Part shown: piece by piece, positions 38,820 to 51,030 of the stretch
How positions within the stretch are numbered: the stretch's first letter is position 1
How the letters are laid out: every line of letters begins with the position of its first letter
Assembly (NCBI RefSeq): GCF_001194135.2
Contig: NC_068995.1
Span: 22,992,414-23,049,581 of the forward strand
Length of the DNA stretch: 57,168 nucleotides
From: Octopus bimaculoides
Lineage: Eukaryota
Direction of reading: 5' to 3'
Translations under genes and position numbers: made by a program
The notes under the pieces: generated by a model
Told to the model about the DNA's origin: nothing
The model's input: the letters and a program-made list of their open reading frames with translations, nothing else
The model's database searches: none

Positions 38820-39570
38820 TTTTGTACTATTTACAAAGCATTCCGGTGGATATACTGCACTAGTCTGTAATGTCTTATGAGGTACTCCTTTTCAGCGAGG
38901 ACAGGGCAGCCAGAAACAATATGATCAATTGTCTCTGTCAATTTTCCGCAAATTCTGCACGGGTGTGGTCAGATCCGTCTTTAAGGACGTTTGCATGGTG
39001 GTTTCAGGTAGGTAAGCTCTGATCTTGCACTGCAATAACATAACTTTCTGTTTCCTCTTTCAGACCTGACCCTGTAGCCATTGAGCAATATCAGAGTTGG
39101 ACAGGCGGTTAGGGTGTTTTCCATACAGGAGATTGTTTCCATCGATATTTTGCATGTCAGTGAGACTCCACTCAATGATACCGAAGCTATATGTGGTTAC
39201 TGGTATGGCCAAAGAATTGATCGCATTCATTCTGTTAACAGCATTTAATTCTGAGTTTAGGACCATTTTTACCCTTCGGTAGCATTCCTTGTGGATTTCT
39301 TCTTTCATTTTAGAGTGCTGGATACCTTCACCTTCATTGGTTCCCAGATATTTGTATACTTCGGATTGGTCTGGGTTTCGAATAGCTGTGGTAGTATCAA
39401 GTTCTATGTGTTCTACCTTTATGAACTACCCTACCATGAAAGTAGCCTTTGTACATTTATCAAGTCCGAATTTCATACCTATATCAGAGCTGAATTCTTT
39501 GACGATACTCAAGATTTCAAGATTCTTTGTCGTTGGTGTTGCTACATAAGTTTACTTCACGAATGCTTTT
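38820..39570 (-). mobile_element. R4/Dong-type LINE fragment (RT end, thumb, CCHC knuckle) with internal deletions
   Basis: IGMKFGLDKC, YKYLG..EG.GIQHSKMKEEIHKECYRRVKMVLNSELNAVNRMNAINSLAIPV, CRICGKLTETIDHIVSGCPVLAEKEYLIRH. Confidence 0.88.
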
Positions 39571-39574
39571 CAGG

Positions 39575-40955
39575 AATTGACTTTTGGTGCATGCGAGAGT
39601 TTGATGCAACTCCCCTCATCTGCACCTCCTGCTGCGAAGTAGGTTCATCTGGGACACTTGACAGGAAGAGGTCCAGCTTTATTTTGAAGACACCTACATC
39701 CACCCCATGCATGTCTCTCAGGTCTTTCGGGAGGATATTGAAGAGCTGTGGACCTCTGAAGCTCAGGCTATTGCGGTATCTTGTCCTACATCCTGATGGC
39801 ACATTTGGAGTCCTTGGCACTATGCAGTGGCGCTCAGTTCTAGTATTTGTGTAACTCTCGATGCCAATGTTTGAGACAAGTCCTTTCAGGATCTTGCAGA
39901 CGTATATTATGGCATATCTTTCTCGCCTACGCTCTAAGGAATAGTGTCTTAATCTCTTGAGTCTTTCCCAATAGCTTAATTGCTGCGTAGAGGCTATCTT
40001 CTTCGTGTAGCTTCATTGGATTGCCTCAGGTTCTGAGATTAATTTGACCCTGGTTGGTGACCATAGCTGAGAGCAATATTCAAAGTGGACCATCATGGTT
40101 TCCCGATCTCTTGTTCTACAAGTTCTAAGAATTCATCCGGTCAGCCGCCTGCATTTCATGGCCAATTTAGCAACATGCACATGAAAGGATGCATCATTAC
40201 TCATGTAAATGCTCAGGTTTTGCACTGACAGTACCTCTGGGATTGCAATCTCTCCAGGTCCAGTGTATTTAATGGGTATTGCATTTAGTTCTGCATGCTG
40301 ATAGCACAAGGCTTGAAACTTTTCAGCATTAAACTGCATGTTATTCTTTTCAGCTCATTTATATATTTCATCCAGCTCACATTGTACGTGCATTGTGTCT
40401 TCACGGTTCTGTATTACCTTTTGTATCATCTGCATAACTTTTGATCGTGGCTCTCTGTGTGGGTGAGGGCATGTCTGAGAGGGCCATTATGAACAGTAGT
40501 GATCCCAAAACAGTGCCTTGCAGAACACCGCTCACTATTAGCGTGTCATTGGCTACTACCACCTGACTTCTATCCTTCAGAAAGTCATGAACCCATTCTC
40601 CTAATTTTCCAACTATGACAAGATCACGCAGTTTGTGATATATCATTCCATGATCGACTTTATCAAAGGCCTTTGCAAAGTTGAGATATATCACTTCCAC
40701 ATTTGAGTGGTTGAGCAGTTATTTCAGCACCCAGTCATAGTGTTGTTAGAGCTGAGTCAGGCAGCTTCTTTCTGGTTGGAAACCATGTTGGGTGTCAGGA
40801 GGCAAGTCATTTTCTTCAAGGAAGGCAATTAGCTTTCTTCTGACAATTCGTTCTATGAACTTGCTGATGTGCAAGGTCAGAGAGACAGGTCTGTAGCTCT
40901 TGGACCCTGCTCGCTACCTCCTTTATGAATAGGGCATATTTTACCCTCCTTCAGT
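39575..40955 (-). mobile_element. CR1/L2-type LINE RT region, 5'-truncated and decayed
   Basis: YRPVSLT..ISK..ERIV, QHGFQPERSCLTQL, VIYLNFAKAFDKVDH, SGVLQGTVLGSLLF, SYADDTK, MQFNAEKF, NSLSFRGPQLFN. Confidence 0.92.
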
Positions 40956-40971
40956 CTTCTTTCAGTTTTCT

Positions 40972-41090
40972 TTTATTCCTTTACTTGTTTCAGTCGTTTG
41001 ACTGGACTGTGGTCATGCTGGAGCATCACTTTTAGTCGGACAAATCTTTGTAAGCCTAGTATTTATTCTGTCTATCTCTTTTGCCGAAAT
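40972..41090 (-). mobile_element. Family A SINE 3' half
   Basis: TTACTTGTTTCAGTCGTTTGACTG...GGTCATGCTGGAGCA...TTTTGCCGAA is the reverse complement of the SINE tail. Confidence 0.8.
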
Positions 41091-41139
41091 TTAACTGAGG
41101 TTTGATCTTGATCACTCTAGGTTTCTTTCTTGTGTACAG

Positions 41140-42253
41140 ATTAAACAAAGCCGTCCTGCTGGAAGTCTAAAAAGGGAGAGAGATCAGTGGTCCGATTTTT
41201 GTGATCTGAAAGTGTGTCAGTAAGTGAAATTCAGCGCAGGCTTTACGTACAATACGGAGGAAGCACTTTACCTCATAGAGTTGTGTATGAGTGGCCTGAC
41301 ATTCGTGATGAACGAGGAGGAAACAGGACACTACCAGCCTTCACCACTGACATAAGGAACTAACAAACTCGATTAAGGAAACTGGCTAAGCGATGATTAA
41401 TAATCGATGAGATCGCGTAGTCTCTGCATATTAGTCATTATTCTCCATAAGAAATAATCTACAACTTTTGTTTCCGTAAAATCTGTGCGAAGAGAACTTA
41501 CCGAATCGCATAAGCGGAATCAAGTGGAGATCTGTCAGCGCCTACTCCCCAACGCTACGACGATGAAGGCAAAGCGTTTTTGAGAGAATAGTCACAGATG
41601 AAACCCATGGCCATCACTGAGTCAGAATCCAAACCGTAGAGTGTTGAGTAAAAATAAGAGGAAGCGTCAGGGACAGAAGAAATTTGAGACACAACCTTCC
41701 GTAGGAAAATTGATGCAAACCGTCTTTTGCACGCAGAAGGGCCTATACTGGAACATTACCCGGAAAAATGCCTACAGTTACCGGCGTAAACAACAATGAA
41801 TTGCTGGCCAGGAAACTGAAACCAGAAATTCGCACCAAACGCCGAAGTCTTTTCTTTAAGGAAGATTTATCTTCCTTTATATATAATGCACATCCACATA
41901 CGGCAGCCCATGCCATTGAAATTATTGATAATTTGGGTTTCGAATAGTTGGAGCATCCTGCATACAAGTCCATATCTCGTCCATTCTGACAATCACCTCT
42001 TTCAACCGGTGAAACACCATTTACGATGTCGTTGATTTACTATGACGAATAAGTGCAGGAAGCGGTGCCTAAATGGCTGCACCACCAGTTACTAACCTTC
42101 TCCGATGTCATGAACAAGCTTGCGGACTTCTGGAAGAAGTGCATCGAAAAACATGGCGGTTAAGTACGAAAATAGTAAAACGTTTCAACTTCTGCTTTTG
42201 TTTTAATGACTTACAAAGCCAAGATCATGAATAATTTTTGACTTAACCTCGTA
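41140..42253 (+). mobile_element. Decayed mariner (Tc1/mariner) transposon
   Basis: SEIQRRL..YG (HTH), IVTDET, KLMQTVF..EG, YNAHPHTA (DNARPH-like), LEHPAY.SPYL (HPPYSPDL-like), WKKCIEKHG; 3' end TTTTTGACTTAACCTCGTA followed by TA. No clear 5' TIR. Confidence 0.88.
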
Positions 42254-44003
42254 TATTATGATAGCTTCAACCACCTATCTCTGACTTGCAAATGTGTATG
42301 GGATAATGATGTACTCCCGTTTCGCAAATTGACTTATTACCTTTATTGTCACTTGCTACTGTATCATTCTCTGACGCCAGCTGGCAAATTCAAACTTCAC
42401 CAGCTTGCAGAAGAGAGTAATACACTCACTGTTAAATATTCTCTATATTAAGTGATAATCTATGATATTTTAGAAATATGAAATATCACGATTATATCTA
42501 CACACCTTAAGGACTCCGACATATATGAAATATTGCTATTTAAATGTATGAATTATGTTTAAACATATGAATGGTTAATTTTGAGAAATGTACTTAAAAT
42601 TGTCGTTCTTATAAAGTGAGAACAACGTTAAAATAAAATAAGCCTTGCATCTGTAATTCTAATGTCCATTGAACAGAATATTACACACAGAGAAAAATAT
42701 CCATATTCATTAGAGAGAAGACTTTGTATCATAGACAGTCCAGAAAATGGACATTTTAGATAGAAAGGGAGAGAAAGAGAAAGAGAAAGAGAAATAGAAA
42801 GGGGGAGAGGAGGGAGGGAAAGAGAGAGAATTTGGTTCTACAATCCTTAAATAAATATTTACATCAGCATCCACATCAAAGCCAAGCTGAAATAATTGAT
42901 GGCATTGCAAATAATAGAAAGGCACAACACAGTAGGTGACATAAATGTATATCCTTATAATCATATTGCTGACACCGAATGTCAACTAACATTAACGAAT
43001 GAACGGTCTGTGAATATATATATAAAAGAGGTGAAAAGGAAATAAAATATATTAATGAATCATATGAGCTGTCTAACATAAATAAAATAAATGAATTCAG
43101 CAAGCACCAATCTGTTATTGTGCAAAGCCCTCAATTAACCTTATCACAGTCAAAGGAAAATATGTGAAAAGCAGGAGAAACCTCGTGTAAGTATGCAGTA
43201 ATTAGTAAAAGTAATAAAGATGACTTCAATTTGCACATTTCTTGTACATAACATAATATATCGTGCGTTAAAGAGCCAAAGACATTAATGTGGACTAAAA
43301 TTTGGTTTGAAGAGACATGTAATACATGACACCTTATATACTAAATGATTCACATGACTTCATCAAATAAAATATATACACGTGGATAAACGCAACAAAC
43401 ACTTAAAAGTCAAGCAATACATTTACAGTTATGACACAGAGCAATAAGGTCATTTTATTTCGCTAGTAACGTTCATAAATATGCATGCCGGCTGAAGTAT
43501 AACTTGTTATAAAGTGGTATTATTAATACGCTGTTGGATGTGAGGTCACATGAGATGTAATTACACGAGACAGCTAAGGAGTTTCTGCAAAGTCATTCGA
43601 CCTGTTAAAAATTGCATCTAACCGGTGTTTAAAAAAAAACCTTTCTACTGTTAACAAGATACGTTAGATAATGAAAACCTAGAAGTACCCCATCATGTTC
43701 TCCTATATAAATTTGAACCTAGGTCTAAGAAATAATAATATATATTCACAGTATTACAATTTATAAAACAAATTCAATCAGTAATATCATTATGTTGAAC
43801 AAAATATAGACATAAAATACGGTATGTTATAATTTTAAGTAGTTTAACTATATTTTTTTCTAATTTAGGTACAAGGCCAACATTTTCAGTGGTGGGCCTA
43901 GTCAATTACCTCGAACCAATATTTGATTAATAGCAAGCATTGAATCTCCAGGAGGTGTAGCAATTACTTCCTGCTTCTGCTGTTATACTGAACAACTAGT
44001 CTT

Positions 44004-44375
44004 CTAAACTACTATAACTACCATCCGAATGTGTGAGGAATGTATCATGAGAACCTTTAATATATTAAAGCATGAAGTGAATTGGTTTCTAACATGAGTT
44101 ATTCGCAATGCAAATTGCTTCACAGCTATCTTTATGGAATGTGGCCTATGAACTGAAACATTCAACGTAGATTGAAGATATAAAGACTTTTGAATATAGG
44201 CTGCTCTATATTTATTAAGAGCTACAATCGTAAGCACTTGGGACTTATCAGAAAGTGCCAGCAGAAACATTTTCTTGAGAAAAATTCGAAAATCTTTCGG
44301 TGTACACGACATACAATCGTGCTTTAACCGTTTCAAAATATCCTTTCTCACATTCAGCATAAGCAGTTCCTGGGA
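44004..44375 (-). mobile_element. Possible DIRS-type tyrosine recombinase remnant
   Basis: 118-aa open frame containing ILKRLK...SCTPKDFRIFLKKMFLLALSDKSQVLTIVAL, similar by recall to DIRS YR VL..L...SLK.LTLKTVFLLALAS..RVSELHAL; the catalytic Arg is not conserved. Confidence 0.4.
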
Positions 44376-44989
44376 TTACCTCTTGCAAACAAACGACGTC
44401 GGAGTCTGTAAATGTGTACGAAAGACACAGCTAATATACCGTTTTAAACACACACACACACACACGCACATACACACGCACACGCACACACATTTACACA
44501 CCTGCACACACATGCACACACACACAAACACACACACACAGGGAATGTGAGTATGTGAGTGAGCGCGTGTGCGCGCATAAACCATATGAACATTGACGAA
44601 TAGATTCCCTATTACTTCATAATCGGAATCACTTCTGAGTGCATACGAACGAGATACTAGTAATACGCATGTCTCATTTATGTATCTTGCCTGATATGGT
44701 ACGTAGTTTTATAGTATGTGCAGAATGTAGTCAATTCATGTAAATAAGGGTGTATCTTAATACTAATGTAAATGATTGAATCACCAAGTAATGATGTAAA
44801 TACAACCTGCTTTTGCTGCTATAAACACATTTGACAGCTACTAACGCTACTGTCTAACACTGAATTCAGTTGAAAATTAGTAAATTTATGCCTGATTTAA
44901 ATTGACTTTTATCTTCAGTTATTTACACTTCAGACTAAACAAGAAATATGAAGAAAATCTGACAAGGATCCGGTAATGCGTCAGGCGTG

Positions 44990-45720
44990 AAGTTATATCA
45001 TAAACTGCTACTGAGTGCAATAATAACACGAAAAGCTATTGCTCTTATATTACAGAGATGACAAAATTCCTTGACTTTATCATATGAGAACGAAATGGAG
45101 AGAATCAACCAATCTAAATTAAATTGTTTACTATGGTCTTTTAGATACCAAATTAATCTACGAAGCACTGCACTGTTACGTTTATTACTATCCCTAAATG
45201 TAGACTAATGATTAGAAATTATTTTCGATAACTGAGAAGAACTACCTATATAAAAAAGACATCGGTACCTGAAGTAATTTTACACTGGTATATAGAGTTT
45301 CTAATCTTAGAATTACAAGACATAAAGTTAACTCTGTTGGAATTAACTTCAGAGACAAAAAACTTCTTATTAATATTTCTAGGGGGATGGTTGGTATTAG
45401 TTAAATTAATGTTAGTATTAGAAAATTGATTTTTATTTAACAGAGTAATATTATGTGAGGAGATAATTTGTAAGAGATTTTTTTGTGTTGGAAATACCAA
45501 TCTTAACTGTGTGCGAGTTCATATTAGAGTAATATCTAGAATTCTTCGGAAAATTCCTAATAATAACTTCCCGAAACTGCAAAGGAAGTTTAGATTTAAT
45601 TTGCCTCCCATACAGAATAATCAACCAAATAGTTTCGCTATTAGTTGCCTTATATTTAGTGTAACTATCTTTAAAAGACATCGATCTTTAGAATGAAAAA
45701 AGGGGTTTAAATAACGGTTT
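44990..45720 (-). mobile_element. PLE linker + GIY-YIG endonuclease remnant
   Basis: FPKNSRYYSNMNSHTVKI, LLQIISSHN, NSIYQCKITSGTDVF.YIGSSSQLSKIISNH*STFRDSNKRNSAVLRRLIWYLKD..FNLDWLIL..CHLC: GIY...YIG and the downstream PLE pattern. Confidence 0.82.
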
Positions 45721-45932
45721 AAATATCTCCCTTCCTCTGTTTCTTGTTGACGAATAAATTAAAATTGATATCATTTATATCCTTACAATTAGATTTCATG
45801 TCTACATTACTAAATGTAGAATAAGATTGAATGGAATTAATGTAGGTATAAATAACTTTATCTGTTCATCACTATACATATCCATCATATTCTGTTAAAA
45901 TGTATTATTGACGAGTTTGTTTTATTTCTTCA

Positions 45933-46018
45933 TTTCCCTGAAGAGAAGATTACATTGTTTTACACCATTTTACTCCTTTGGAATAATACTAATGATGTCT
46001 TCGAAACATGTATCGAAA
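45933..46018 (+). ncRNA. Degenerate type I hammerhead ribozyme candidate
   Basis: CTGAAGA (45938-44), stem II GAAGA/TCTTC around a 48-nt insert, GAAA (46003-06), palindromic stem III ACATGT, GUA triplet; stem I (TTTCC/TCGAAA) mismatched next to the core. Confidence 0.5.
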
Positions 46019-46059
46019 GTAAAAGAATTTGAATAGTACCTGTGTTATTTATGTGTCAT

Positions 46060-46090
46060 ATATATATATATATATATATGNNNNNNNNNN

Positions 46091-46156
<66 letters not shown>

Positions 46157-46749
46157 GCATATGTATGTATATATGTATACATATATGTATGAATATATGT
46201 ATATATATATATGTATATATGTATACATATATATATGGATATATGTATGTATATATATGTATATATATATATGTATATGTATATATGTATATATATGTGT
46301 GTATGTATATATATGAATATATTTGTATATATATGTATGTATATGTATATATGTATATATATATGTCTGTGTATGTATATGTATATATGCATATATATAT
46401 ATATATGTATGTATATNNNNNNNNNNNNNNNNNNNNNNNNNNNNNNNNNNNNNNNNNNNNNNNNNNNNNNNNNNNNNNNNNNNNNNNNNNNNNNNNNNNN
46501 NNNNNNNNNNNNNNNNNNNNNNNNNNNNNNNNNNNNNNNNNNNNNNNNNNNNNNNNNNNNNNNNNNNNNNNNNNNNNNNNNNNNNNNNNNNNNNNNNNNN
46601 NNNNNNNNNNNNNNNNNNNNNNNNNNNNNNNNNNNNNNNNNNNNNNNNNNNNNNNNNNNNNNNNNNNNNNNNNNNNNNNNNNNATATATATAGATAGGTA
46701 GATAGATACATAGATAGGTAAGTATATAAATAGATAGATAGATAGAGAA

Positions 46750-46816
<67 letters not shown>

Positions 46817-46835
46817 GATAGATAGATAGATGGGT
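46060..46835. repeat. TA/TATG/GATA microsatellite cluster with gaps
   Basis: Directly visible. Confidence 0.95.
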
Positions 46836-46929
46836 ATGATTATGTATGTTTTTATGCATGTATAAATCGTAGACATTCATAGACTCACACGTGCAAAAAC
46901 TTTTTGAATGTCTGTAAATCAATTTTAAA

Positions 46930-47230
46930 AACCTTCGGCAATTTTATCTCAATACATTATGAATGTGTTGGCCTCATATAATCCACTGTCTGTGAGACTC
47001 AATGTAGGCAGTGATAGCGAAGAATTTAGAAATTGATTGTAATTAATGTCACTTTTTCATGTTTAAACGATTCTTGTATCTTTTTTAACGCACTTGAATC
47101 ACGTTGCTTGAGTCTATATTCTATCCATAGATTCTTGCTTTGTAATCTATTGTCACGTAAGATTTATTTGTCATACAACCTTCCTCCGTCTTTGATTTAA
47201 CTCTGCCCATTATATCCAGATTACTTTTTG
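46930..47230 (-). mobile_element. Highly decayed PLE GIY-YIG fragment
   Basis: EGCMTNKS..TIDYKARIYG...KKRYKN / SFKHEK echoes the C..Y..YIG..FK.RY.NH..SF.HEK pattern; many disruptions. Confidence 0.4.
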
Positions 47231-49466
47231 AATTAAAATTTTATGTTGGATCCTACGACGGTAGCTTTTTCTCTAACTGATGCTAAGAATAATAAATCTG
47301 AAATAACCAGTTTTATCCTTTCCTATTATGAAGCATATGACCCACTAACCACTAAATTAGTTATCACAAAAAGCATAACTTACCGTAACTAAACTCCTTT
47401 TGCTATTGAAAATTATTTCAAGCACAAAAGTATTGACACATGGGTTTCATATTTCAAAATATAGCGTGAGTGCATCTTGGAGATTTTTTTTCTTTTTGTG
47501 CAGTGTAGCCGGATTCATTTCCAATATGCACACCCCTTGGGAATATAGGTAGGATTTTAAGGAAATTTGGTTGCTGCTTCTAATATGTGTAAACACCACA
47601 AAGCACCCCTAACTTTTCAAAGTTGCTAAAGTTTCTTTGCAGTAATTATGATCTCAAAAATATGATACGACTGAAATTAAACAAGATTTAATCGCAAATA
47701 TATTTATACGCACAGTAACACGTATTAAGCCAGGTTGATAGCGCTTATATATTGCATTAGTATATTGTGTGTGTTCATTTTTACCTGATAAACTTGCCAT
47801 TGCCAGCACTTAATACATTTGTCATTGTAGCACAGTAGTGTCACCCTTAAGTGGGACACTGCTATAAAAGCGTAACAAATAAGTAAATTGAGAATATTCA
47901 AAAGTGTTTAGTCAATATTCTGTGCTGGATGGATATGGTCGACTAGTTTGACTTCTAATTAAGGCCAGGTACAAGCCAGTAGCTTGGAAAAATAATGCCA
48001 TTTCTTGTCGAGTTTCTGGTTCAAAATATTAAGAGTTAATCAACAGCTCTACAATTTCGAAGATGTTATATGACACATTTCTGTAATACAACAGTTTATA
48101 TTTTCTTGTATGCGTAGATTTACAATCTCCACTAATGCAATTCCTCAATGTCCCCGAATATATACGCTACTCACATATAACTAATTATATTAAAGACATA
48201 CCTCGATGCAAGCGAGTATAGAACTTCCACACAACCAGAATGAACATTAGAGAAATAACACTTATAAAACTATTTCAAATATATTGATTTACTGTTACTA
48301 CTTCTTAAACTTTAAACGATCACCTATAAGTAATTCTGCCATTATTTGAACTTAACCCTAACCCTAAAGCAGACGGTAATTAAGCTTACGTCCGACCCAT
48401 GGCGAGACTGAATAATCATTTGTGGTGAAGAAAATCGTTCCAGGAAATGCTATCATTATGACCTGCTATTAGCACAATAACCTATATTAGCACTATCTAA
48501 CGTCAAAATTGATGAATTAAAATTAGCCAGCCTTGAAGACTTTCTAAGTGATGTTCGTGCGGCTGATGTTAATTAACTTACTAAGACCCCGGGAACTGTG
48601 CAAATAAGAGAGTATATAGTAATTGTAATGAAAGACCTGAAGTCAATAGATTTTTACTTGGAAGACGAACACTTATGAATATTCAGAAATCCTCGGTTAC
48701 GAGTGTAATTAATTGTCCTGCGTGTGAAGCCATATTATAAATTTTCACTTGCAACTTGGATCACTATGAATAAATGTCTATTCTTGTAACACTCTACTTC
48801 AAGCTATATTTGTCTTCAAATATTTCACATTTTTATTACTGTTCAATCTTGAATTAGGCAACATTTTATTGTTGCGATCTTTTTATTTATTTATTTATTT
48901 ATTTATTTATTTTTTAATATATTTATTTATCTGCTTGTACGTACCTGTTAAACATTTCAGCGTGATGTCTAGTATTTCAATCTCATATATATGGATAAGT
49001 TTTGTTATAACAGTACACAACAAATGATAATCATCAGTAGGTATTCATTGATACATATTGATTTGTCTGGGGAAAATTTCAAGATCACCTCACCCATTCA
49101 TGCTTTAACCACCTAATGTTTATCTCACTATCAATAAACAATTCGTGCATGTGAACGCTTGAATTTATAAGAACCCACCGAAGTGCACTCCCAATTTTTT
49201 GTCAGACAGTGTACCCCAATATAATTTATGTCAATTATTTTGAAGCAAAAGCTTATTTTTCTTTAAAATGTATCATTCTCTTTGTAAGTCTATGCTGTCA
49301 GGCACCCTGATGCTCTGTTTAAAACATTCCGAAACATAGATCTATGATTAGTTTACATTTCATATCACTCCCCAGATTATCTGAGTATGCATGCGTGTAT
49401 GTATGTATGTATGTATGTATGTATGTATGTATGTATGTATGTATGTATGTATGAAGAGAGGGAGAT

Positions 49467-49512
<46 letters not shown>

Positions 49513-50819
49513 GGAGATAGATAGATACATAGATATTTCGTGATGATAACAGGAAAATAGAACACAAAACATGAGTATATATATATTTTATTATTAATAA
49601 TCGACAGATTTTACACAGTGACTCATAGGCCAATAGTTTTGTGCAATTTTAACAATTGTTTGTTTTTTATAGAATTTTAACAATGTATATACAACGCTTG
49701 ATTATATTTATTACAATATTATGAGACAATATGAGTTTTATTAACGTTTATATTCCCGGATAATTAGAACCCTTATTATATACCATAACAAAGGGAAATG
49801 TATTCGATATTACATTTCTGTATAATGTAATGCGTCTTATATTGCGTGTCAGCTATCTTTATATGAACTAAGTGTAGCCTAATTTTAATCCGTAAATTTA
49901 AGCTTGTCGTTATATTTACATATGGATTGAGAGAATATTTTCTATCAAAGCAGAAGACCAGAAAAGATGGTAGGTTAATAGAAGTCAAAAGAAGTGTAAG
50001 AGGCAATTTTCATACCTTAGTTATTAGATCGATTTATAGTTGAAAGTATTAAAATTTCCATACAGATATATGCTTGCTTCTCTCTGAAAGAGCAGGTATA
50101 AAAATAGTAAATGTATTACACTAATTGTCAATTTAATCACAAATTGTATTCCAAATACACATCGTGATTGAAATGTTTGAGTGAGAATATTTCATTCTAT
50201 GCAGTCTCATAGAGGTATTTGCAATTACCATTTATATAAATTACTCTTATCTTCACTTTTCTGGACCCAGATTTTAACCCTGTTAAATTTAACTTACTTT
50301 GTTGCCAATCAAATCCTGTTAACTAGTTAATACTTAAGGTGTCATCAGTTGGTGCTAGCTACTGTGCTGCAATAGGTTTAGTGTCCATCTATCTGAACAG
50401 TTGCTCAAAGTACTGGAGTCCACAATAGGTGAACGTAAAACAACAATTGATCGAAATAGCAGTCACTGGAATGTAAAATTGATTGATTAAGGGCAATTCT
50501 TAAAAAATACAGAAAAACATATTATAAAAGAAAGGTTATACAGTCAGGTTTCATCAAAACATTCTCTTTAATAAAGATATTCTCCTTAATAAACACCTGT
50601 GTCATGGTTATGCTTACACTTTCACAACAGTTTAATTCATGTTAATTTTCTGTCATAACATTTATAATTGTAAATTGGAAAATGCGGAGCAATTGAATTT
50701 CTATTTTGAAACATTGTTAATTGTTTTACATTAGTTGTTTACTTGCTTAGTCTAAAGGATAGGACAGAACAGGACACGACAAGCTGATGAGCTCAAACAC
50801 ATTAATATTCTTTTAAACA

Positions 50820-51030
50820 GTTGCAAGTCAACACGTGCTGAGTGAGGACATTCCAGACGGCCAATGCTGGAAGGTCTCTGAATAGTAGAACAGGAAGGGT
50901 CACCACAGATGGAGTAACGAGACATTTGGGAGTATCTGAGTAGAGCAGGTATGATTCCATCCATCTACGAGGTACAGTGACAATTATGGAAGCAAGAAAA
51001 GATAGTGAGAAAAGAGAGAACACGCGTCTG
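50820..51030 (+). mobile_element. Probable LINE (RTE/L2-like) C-terminal remnant
   Basis: QHVLSED...W...NRKGHHRW loosely matches the GHVxR...W...RxxGRPxxxW thumb motif; stops in all frames. Confidence 0.3.

Noticed and set aside
48353-48367. TAACCC TAACCC TAA telomeric repeat
   Set aside because: Only 2.5 units; too short to call an interstitial telomere.
50821-50948. Exon with good acceptor and CAG|GTATGA donor
   Set aside because: Stops in all frames; better explained as a LINE remnant.
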